A DNA stretch of 64,000 nt from positions 74,710,001-74,774,000 of the forward strand of contig OZ024747.1 in assembly GCA_964016885.1 (NCBI GenBank), given 5' to 3'. Under the pieces are notes generated by a model. The model was given only the letters and a program-made list of their open reading frames with translations, had not been told where the DNA came from and made no database searches. How positions within the stretch are numbered: the first letter of the stretch is position 1; each line of letters starts with the position of its first letter. This document shows positions 54,424-64,000 of this stretch, piece after piece. The position numbers and the translations under genes were made by a program. The DNA is from Eledone cirrhosa (Eukaryota).

Positions 54424-55179
54424 GGGAGCGAGTGATAAAGAAAAAAGAGAGATATGTTATCTTTGATAAGCTTTTAAAACTATTAAGAGGCTAAATAATC
54501 TAAAATCAATTTATTGTTATCTTAGCTAACCTTTAAAATTCAGTTCTTTAATTTAATTAAATAACTTCCTTGAAGGAATTTTGATGTAAAAAGTATTAAA
54601 TTTCAAAAGTTACAAAAAACAAATATACACACACACACATATGTATATACACATAATATATATATATATACACACACACACACATATACGTATATATATA
54701 TATATGATATATTTATATACACACGCACAAGCGCGCGCGCACACACACACACACACACACATATATATAATATAATATACAATATATGTGAATGTATAAA
54801 TCTGAGCTGTTAGAATAGACTAACAAAGCTTGATTGATGTTAACACTGTTTCTGTATTATTAATTCATTTATAAATTATCTTTAACACATATATTCACTA
54901 TTGTTGTAAATTAGATAAAATAGTTACCACTGTTCAATATAATTAATTAATGGTGCTTTTTAATAAGATTGGAAGAAAATTGATTGCTTTAGTCTCAAGT
55001 GGTTTACTGATATACTTAGTATATTGCTAGTAATTTACTAAAGTAAGGAATCTGGATAGAATTTGCTGACAACCAAGATTATTTAAACATCTTGTGTAAA
55101 TGTTGTTAAAAGTTCTTATATAACAGATTAATATATTATATATATATATATATAGGAGAAAGAAATATATATATATATA

Positions 55180-55495
55180 ATCATCATCGTCGTTTTTACG
55201 TCTGCTTTCCCATGCTTGTATGGGTTGGGCATGTCCTTCTCAGCATGGCATCTTTCCATTTGTTGCATTTCTTCATCATCTCCTCTACCAGTCTTAGCGA
55301 TTTGAGGTCCGATCTCACAACCTCTGCCTAGATCTTTCTTCGTCGTCCTCTATTGCGGCTTCCTTCTACTGGGATTTCCAGGCACGTCTTCACCCAGCAA
55401 TCATCATCCATGCACATCACATGCTCGAGTACAGTCTTCTGTCTTGCATAGCACTTCTTAAACCCCATTTCTCCCTCAGTTCATCCAAGCTTTGC
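55180..55495 (-). mobile_element. Degenerate RTE 3' fragment
   Basis: HVMCMDDDCWVKTCLEIPVEGSRNRGRRRKI*AEVVRSDLKSLRL, (GAT)n tail. Confidence 0.8.
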
Positions 55496-56029
55496 CTTTC
55501 AGGATCAGTAAAGAAAGAAGCAACCTAGTGATGATGCAGCTCTCCCTAGTTCTAGCTATCACATCCTGAATATTCTGTTGGATCATGAGAAAGAGATGTT
55601 TGAAAGGGTTCCGCTCATGGCTACATGGGCACCTAAAGACCTTAGCAAAAACATGATGCATACTACCAAGTCATACTCGATTGTGAGTGATGACTATAGT
55701 TGTTTTTGTTTTGTTTCTTCATCTTCTATACAGATTTAAATGAAGTCATATGAAATAGATTTCATGGATAAAAATGTTGCTTTTTATAAGGTTTCATAGA
55801 CATTCTACTTAATCGATTTTAACTTCACATACATTAGTAGACAATTTTAAAGTAGACAATTTTAAATATCTATTTTATAATTATTTATCTTTGTTTGATA
55901 ATATTTAGCTACACGGTAGCAGTTTCTTTAGAAATATGATTCTCCTTCATATCTTCATGTGAATCTTTTTATTTATTTTAAATTGTAATCAGTAAATATT
56001 AGTAGTATGACAAGAAAAGAGAAGGCCAC

Positions 56030-56235
56030 AGTTTGCAGGATGGAAGAGGCAGCAGAAAGGGTTTCTTGTTGGCTTTGGAGCAGAAGATAAAAAATAAGCT
56101 GGAAGATAAGAGGCAAAGATGAGCAGTAATTTGGTCAACACTGGTGACCCATCAGTGAGAGGGTGTTACAGTCGAGGGTCAAAACATCCAATGAACATTG
56201 GACACCATCTGATGACATCATCTCTTAGGCCATGT
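56030..56235 (+). mobile_element. Probable Hero/NeSL-type (REL endonuclease) LINE 3' fragment
   Basis: EKATVCRMEEAAERVSCWLWSRR resembles the AAERASxWLW C-terminus I recall for Hero elements; followed by a GGGTGTT..AACATCC..ATGA..CTGATGA structured tail. Confidence 0.5.
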
Positions 56236-56619
56236 GGCCATGTTCACTGAAAGTGATGGAATGTAATTATGCCCTTAGGTTATAAGTTTCCAATGTGCCA
56301 AACAAGGAGTCACTTCCTTTATAATGGTGAAAGGGACAAAGGAATATCTTTAACTTTATACAGAACAAATATCTCCAGTCTTCTCACTAATGTTTATATC
56401 CTTCACCAATATACATAGCTAAATATATACACATTTTTGCCGTACCTTCCCCTTCTCCCTCTTTATCTTTCTATTTCATCTTTTATTTCTCATTCTGTCT
56501 TCTGATGAAGGACTAGTGTCTGAAACATTGATTCTTTTCCTACTATATCAAGCATCAAACTAATATATTTCTTCATTATACTGTCTTTTGCTTTGTTATT
56601 TGAGTTTAATTTTTGCATG

Positions 56620-56655
<36 letters not shown>

Positions 56656-56763
56656 TACTTAAATTGTATATATTAAATATATCTGTGTGACTATATTATT
56701 TAGTATGCCTGTCTATTCACATATATATAATTCCATTTATTAATGAGTTGTCTTTTAAGAAAT

Positions 56764-56830
56764 TCTTTCTAATTTCCAGTAACTTTGAACTGTGTTCTCA
56801 CACTACTATGGTTTTGAAACCTTATATCCT

Positions 56831-56868
<38 letters not shown>

Positions 56869-56935
56869 AGGATATAAGGTTTCAAAACCATAGTATTGTG
56901 AGAACACAGTTCAAAGTTACTGGAAATTAGAAAGA
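56764..56935. repeat. Near-perfect palindrome centred on (TA)n
   Basis: ~70-bp unique arms with one mismatch. Confidence 0.95.
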
Positions 56936-56938
56936 CTT

Positions 56939-57000
<62 letters not shown>

Positions 57001-58129
57001 AAGTCATTTTTCCATTGATGTCACCAAACTATTGAACAATTTTTATATTATGGATTTCAGTAGTGGTGAAAGTAGAATTAGAGTTCACGTGATATATTCT
57101 TCTAGAGAGAAATGTATAAAAGAAACTGTTCTAAAAATGGATTAAATAGCGCCTAGAATATCTTCACTGCAGGAATTAACATTAAGGAATTATAATAATT
57201 TTATTTTAATATTTATTTTTGATTTTTATATTATTATTGTTGTTGTTGCTGCTAATATTGTCATGTTGCCAAAGATTGTGTCTTTGGGTTTGATTGCGCC
57301 ATATTTCAGGCAATAATAACCACCAAATTTTCCTTGTTAAGGGTTGTTGTGGTTGTTGTTTTATTTGTGGGGGATGGTGGGCGGAGTGATATTTAGTATT
57401 TTTAGGTGACTTTTGATAGCAGTGTTATTGTTATAGAAGGTCACTAGAAGACATATAGATGATTTCTTCAGGTGCAACTGACATAAAAGTGTTAGCTGGA
57501 TATCTAAAGTAAAATGACGATGGTGGTGGTGGTGGAGATGATTGTGGTGGTGGAGATGATGGTGATGGGGATCATGATAACGATGATGATGACTGTCTTA
57601 ACAGATGCCAACAAGATTCAGTTATCTTCAGTAACTCCTTTTGTACAACAGTATGTGGTTGATTTTGTTTAGTTAATGAATGCTGGGGAAAAAGATGTAT
57701 CTATTTGCAATGGAAACAATCCAGTTTTTCCATTTCACACTTTGTTATTCACCATGTGTCTGCTTTCTAAAGTAGCATAGGTTGTACAAATATATTGTAG
57801 ACATCCAGGTGAAGCATTTCTCTCATGTGAATTCAACCATTACCACAGTTAATTTATATAAACTATAGTGCACTATAAGGCAGTGAATTGGCAGAGTTGT
57901 TAAAACGTCAGATTAAATGTAAATGCCTTGTGGTGTTTGTTCTGTTTTTTTTTGTACTTTGAGTTCAATCCCACCAAGCTCAACTTTGCATTTCATCTTT
58001 TACAAAAGGTCTGTCTTGAGTCTAGAAACTCATCAGGCCAGGGCTTATCCCAGTTTCCATGGTGTGAAGCAACCAAGAGTACAGGACATCAGTTCATCAC
58101 AGGAATAAACCCCCTGCTATTGCTGGTAC

Positions 58130-58258
58130 TCAGTTTCAGCTGAACAACATGAAATGAAGTGTTTTGCTCAAGAACACAACACACAACCCAGTCCAGGAAT
58201 TGAACCCACAATATTATGATTGTAAGTCCAACACCCTTACTACTAGGGCACATGCCTC
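58130..58258 (-). mobile_element. Head of the same SINE family
   Basis: Reverse complement GGAGGCATGTGCCCTAGTAG..GGGTTCAATTCC..GCAAAACACTTCATTTCA; another degenerate copy at ~63395-63500. Confidence 0.7.
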
Positions 58259-59780
58259 CTCACCCTTTTGGGATAAATAAAGTACCAGTCCAAGGTAGTG
58301 AGTATATAGGATAGTTAAAACACAAGTTCTGATGTCTTGTGGTATCTCTTTTGGCACTTGATGTTCTAAATTTGCCTGATCATCATCATCATCATCTGGA
58401 TTGGAGGACTAAGTCTCACTCATAAAATCTATTTTCAACATGGTTTCCATAATTGGATGCCATCTCTAACATCACCCACTTTATGAGGTACACTGGGTGC
58501 ATTTCATTATTTCACCAGCACTAGAGAGGTTGTTATGTTCTCAACAAGACTAAAAATATTCTCTCAACCCTATGGTATCTCTGTTCGATTGCTAACCACT
58601 TTACAGAGTGTACTGGGTGCATTTTAATATGGTGCAAACTCGTGTTTTTGTCTTGGATCTTGCACTTGCAAGACTAAAGGGTACTTGCTGCACAACATTG
58701 TCTTCATTTATTCAAGGTAATGTGTAAACTCATTTCTCATTTGCTGTTCATTTTTCTTAGCAAAAGTGAGAAGCCTTTCTTGCTAGAAGGTTCTGTTTAG
58801 AAAATTTTAGTCAAACCACCCCACCCAACCACAAAAGAAAAACAACGTGAGATCACACAAATATAAATGATGGCAGTTATGAAAGTGAATTCTTTGAAGA
58901 TAGCAAATGCAAGAATTAAAGACAGGGAAACATGTTGGTAAAATACAGTGTCATATTGACACACACACACACCTGCATGCACACACACACATGCATACAC
59001 ACACCTGCAGACACTCACACACATGCATACGCACACATGCGCACACTCACACACATGCACGCATACATACAGTATTTTCTACACCATATTGTATGTATAT
59101 ACATAGTTCCTAAAAAATTAAATCCTCTATTTTCAAGATTTTGATCTATTTCAGAAATTTCAAAAGAGCTAACAATATATTTCCAAACATATTGTCACTT
59201 CTAAAGCTAAGAAGGAATTTGCACTAAGTAGCTAATTAATTTTTTGTTTTCCTATGGGAATTTTTTAAACCCTTATTGCATAGCTAGGCTGATATATCAA
59301 ACTTGATAACATAGCTAAAAACACTTTACAAGCAATATATCAGCCTAAAAATATAATGTTCTATTGTTTTTGATATTTAATTTATAGTGACTTTTGCTTA
59401 AAAGACAAAATTTCCATCGTGCTAAAAGTGTTAATACTTCAATCATCATCACACATCCATTTTTCCACACTAGCATGGGTTAGACGAAATGGCATCAATA
59501 TTTATGATAAATGCTCAAAAGTGTGTGAAATCTCTTTATTTTTAAGTAACTAATATTTATCTATGATTAATGTTCCACAGTATAATGGCTATTTTGCTAT
59601 CAGAGTTTATCATCCACTTCGTAAATGTTTCCATAAATATGTAGAAAGAACAAAAAAATAATTTAAGAAATAGTTGATAAAAATTTATTTGAGAAAAATT
59701 TATTTGAGAAAAAATTTATTTGAGAAAATATGTTTTAACCATGTTGATACCAAACTGTCTGAAACTACCCTTGATTCTAC

Positions 59781-60001
59781 AATTGTTTCTACATTAAGCA
59801 CAAGATCAAGTCAACAATTTGTTTGGAGGTGGGAGGAGTTGTTTAAATCGACCCCAGTGCATTAATGGTACTTTATTTCATCAACCCCAAAAAGATGAAA
59901 GGGAAAGCTGACATCGGTGGTATGTGAACACAGGATGTAAGAGCCAGAACAAATGCAGCAAAGCATGTTGTCCGACGCCCTACTGATTCTGCCAATCCAC
60001 C
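59781..60001 (-). mobile_element. SINE copy nested in a MITE
   Basis: Core GATGAAAGG, head CTGCCAATCC; interrupts the MITE at 59735-60211. Confidence 0.7.
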
Positions 60002-60969
60002 ACCCTACTTCTATAATAAAACTATTTGTTTTAAAAGGCTTATATTTATCTAAAAACCTTCCATCCATCTTCATTTTATCCTCCAGACCAACAATAATGA
60101 AAAAAAACGTATTTATATTGCTAAATTTCTTCAAATTCTTAATTATATTCAAAATTATCTGAAAATTACAAACAGTTTCTATCATGAGAAATAGGGTAAT
60201 GAAAGGTTTAAAGATATATAAATGTGTTTTTAAAACCATCTTTCTTTTGTAAAGATCATATTACTCTTGGGTTTTCAAGACTATTTTAATGTTTTATTAT
60301 TGCTAAATATTTTTTTAATTGGAATCTCATTATATATTTTAAAAGTTGAGTTTTATTTTACTATTCATTTTTTTTAAATATTTTTTCTGCTGAAGATTTA
60401 ATCTTAATTCTTCTGATGATATTGTTATTAATTAAAGACTCTAATTAATTTCTATCAAAATCTTTTATTAGTTAATTAATTATATTAAAATCTTTTATCG
60501 ACAATTAAAATTGATTTAATAACTGATTAACTTAGCATTAATATATTCTGACTATATACATATTAATATGAAGAATTTACAGCTGTAAGTTTCAATTGCA
60601 GTAATCAACAAGCCACTATCACTTTATCACTATACTTAGATGTTATACAAAGTGTTGGCATTTCTGACTTATGCTAGAAAGGGAAGAAAAATCTTATTAC
60701 ACAAAATTTAAATTATATCTGTTTTGATTTTTGTGAATACATTCCATAAGGATTTTTGTCAATACATTCCATAAGGAGTTAAGTTTTAGGAAGCACATTC
60801 AACCATAGAAGCCATACCAAAATGGAATGTACAAGCAAGCTGATTCCCTAAAATTACTATATACCAATATGGCATCCTATGACTCCCTCGGGAGTTACAG
60901 GTCCATACCATATCATCTGTATTCAATGCCTACATGAATATGGCAGGGCTAAACAACAACAACAGCTAC

Positions 60970-61186
60970 TTAACCCTTTTGCTACCAACCCAGCCAAAAC
61001 CAGCTCTGGTTCTATGAAATAAAAGGTTTCCAATTTGAATTAAAATCTTCCAGTATAATTTTATGTAAGAAGCTTACATTGAGTTACTCAGTGATGAAAA
61101 AATTAATAATTTTAGTAAATCCCTAAAAATTATTCATTAACTAATTGAAATAGTGTTTCATTAGAAATTCAGTCATGATAGGGTTA
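60970..61186. mobile_element. piggyBac-type MITE copy
   Basis: TTAACCCTTTTGCTACC ... GATAGGGTTAA. Confidence 0.65.
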
Positions 61187-62053
61187 AAAACCTGCTGCTT
61201 ACTGGCAGGGCTGCTGCTCTACTTTAAACATGATATTTTTACATCATGTCTGAGGTGAACACAACAGAGTAGCTCAGCTCAATTCATACTGGGAGGAAAG
61301 TGTTATTTCTACTGCCAATGGTAGCTGAAATAATAATATAATAATAGAAAAATATTGTGTTCAGATAGGACAGTAAAAATTATTCAATAATCTCTCTCAA
61401 ATAGCAATAGAAGGATCAATAATAGAGTTAGTTTGTATTGAGAGATTAAGAACATTTGTATTGGATGAAGAGTTGTTTAAGAAAACTGGGTGGATGTGTT
61501 TCTTTATCTCCTGTCATGTTGTTGAATACAGAAACAAGAGGTAAGAAGTTCCATGTAAACTGTGTCACATTCAAACCATTATGTGTTTTCTCAAAGAAAT
61601 CATCAATAATTTCCAATAAACAGCAGCAACAGCAGCAGCATGTTTATCAAATCAAATAAAGATTTATTTAAAATTTCTCACCCATCACAAACACATATAC
61701 ATTCATGATCTAAATATATTTTATGTCAGAGTGTGTGGGTGTATTTGTTTGTGTGTATGTGTGAGTGGGTGTATTTGTGTGTGTGTGCATTTGTGTGTGA
61801 GTGTGTGGGTGTATTTATTTGTGTGGGGGGGGGGGGGGGGGGTGTATTCATTTTATTATAGAAATGATTTCTAATGGACTGAAACTGTTTCATTCATAAG
61901 AAATAATCAGGAAATTAATATACCTATACTTTAACATATTGAGCACCTTTTTTTTTACACTGGTCGCCTCCTGATTTACATCAGGGTCCTATCATCATCA
62001 TCATCATCATCATCATTTAACGTCCATGTTCCACGCTTGCATGGGTTTGGATA

Positions 62054-62116
<63 letters not shown>

Positions 62117-62355
62117 TCATTATCTAATATACAAATGGCTTCTAGAATACTAGATATATTAAATAATGGTATTTACAGTCTACTAATGTATTGAGTACCT
62201 TTTAATTGTAGTTACTCCCGATTTCATTCAGGATCTACATATATATATGTATATATATATATGGATCTACATATATATATGTATATTATTATATTACATT
62301 CTTTGATACCCTATATTTCCAACTCTAACTTTCTATACTCATTCTGTAAACCATT

Positions 62356-62464
62356 ATCCCGCCGAGGTTAACTTTGCCTTTCATCCTTACGGGGTCGATA
62401 AAATAAAGTACCAGTATTGCACAGGAATAATTGCTGGCCTTGTGCCAAAAGTAGAAACAATTAA
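62356..62464 (+). mobile_element. 5'-truncated SINE copy
   Basis: Near-identical to 5101-5210. Confidence 0.8.
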
Positions 62465-62704
62465 TTTTATACATCTTATTTTTTATGTTTTTTAAGTCCT
62501 CCACTTTCTATATTCACTCTACATGACGACAGATATTTTAGAAACTGGTTGAGTCTATCTTCTGGAGATTGTTTGGTATCAGCTGAATAACGAACTTGAA
62601 CTTACAATGTATTATCACTAATTGACAATATTAGTTTATATATTGCTAATAAATGTATTGGTTTTATTAATGTAAACACCCCTGTAACTTAAATGTGTGT
62701 GTGC

Positions 62705-62758
<54 letters not shown>

Positions 62759-63628
62759 GCACACACACATAATCAAGCAACCTAAAATATTCAATGTCAA
62801 AGCAGAGATTCATTTACTGAGAATGTGTATCTGTATATATGTATGTGTGTATGTATGCCAGCATACATTCATACATAACAGGTTGTACTGGTAATATATG
62901 ATTCAGCACCATATGTTGCATAACTGACTCATTCAGGGTTAAACTGCACCAGCCAGTCTATCCTGGTGATGAGGATCATTAGAAACCCAACAGTTATGTG
63001 TTGAATAAAATAAAAAAAACCTTGCAAATTCTATCTGTATGCAGGACAGTAAAAGTATGTAAGATGAATCTCAACTGGTTACTTTCTTAGCTTGAAAAGC
63101 CCAGCTTTTCAATATTACCACTTTGACATTTCCTAGTATAACCAACTGTAGCAATACTTGTAGATATAAATATGAATATATAATCTGAATAGAAAAACTG
63201 AAGCTTTTCTAATAAGCTGTCTGTAAATATCCTCTTTCTCACTGATTTTGACAAGAAGGTTCACATCTGCTGGATGACCTTGTTAACTAAATTGAACTGA
63301 ACCTTTCTTTTCAATCCAAGACTCTGTGTGTGTGTGACTTTCCAATAGTCTTTCCATTACTGATACTATCTACCGGTTGTACCGCTGGCAGAAGGAGCAA
63401 CATGAAATAAAGCATCTTGCTAGAGGATATAAGACATTGCCTAGCCCAAGAATTGAACTCACAACCTCATAATTGTGAATCCAACTCATCAACTAGATAA
63501 TTATGTATTATGTCTCTATGTATTATGTCTTTATGTGTATGTGCAGGTATAGATGTCATTACATATGTGGATCTGTATGGTTTGAGTTATTTGTGCATGC
63601 TCTCCCATTCTGTCCGAGCCTGCATTAC

Positions 63629-63705
<77 letters not shown>

Positions 63706-64000
63706 TATATGCACTGCTATACACACAAACAATTTTACTTAGAAATATATGCCCACATCATAATATCTACACTCCAGCTTGTTTGCTCATATATATATTC
63801 TAATGAGTGTCTAAATATGTGCATGAATATTTCTGACTCATATATGTTTGGATATGAGATAGACAGACAGACACAAATTAGTTGAATAAATGGACAGTAC
63901 AACAAATATATACACAATAAATAAAATAGAGGCTTATGCACATATACATATGTTTCTATATCTATATGTATGCACATGCAGTTATTACTTGTAAATTTCT

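Overview
Very AT-rich, microsatellite-dense eukaryotic (animal) genomic DNA; the repeat landscape suggests an octopod cephalopod (inference, not verified). I found no supportable host protein-coding gene, and almost all listed ORFs are translations of (TA)n/(CA)n/(CAT)n tracts or repeats. The window is a mobile-element graveyard. It holds a young RTE-clade LINE (2.9-kb 5'-truncated copy with an intact RT and a PHD-type finger inside the RT, plus shorter copies) and a Penelope-like element (GIY-YIG domain missed by the ORF track, inverted pLTR, hammerhead ribozymes). It also holds a non-autonomous RTE derivative, Rex3- and Hero-like fragments, several tRNA-derived SINE families, piggyBac- and Tc/pogo-type MITEs, a small Helitron and a 48-bp minisatellite. 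The most interesting signals are: retroelements stacking into (TA)n tracts; snap-back palindromes, including a family whose hairpin is centred on a hammerhead stem II; a minisatellite derived from the RTE 3' UTR; and a possible HDV-like ribozyme at the RTE 5' end. All alignments and folds were done by eye, and boundaries are approximate.
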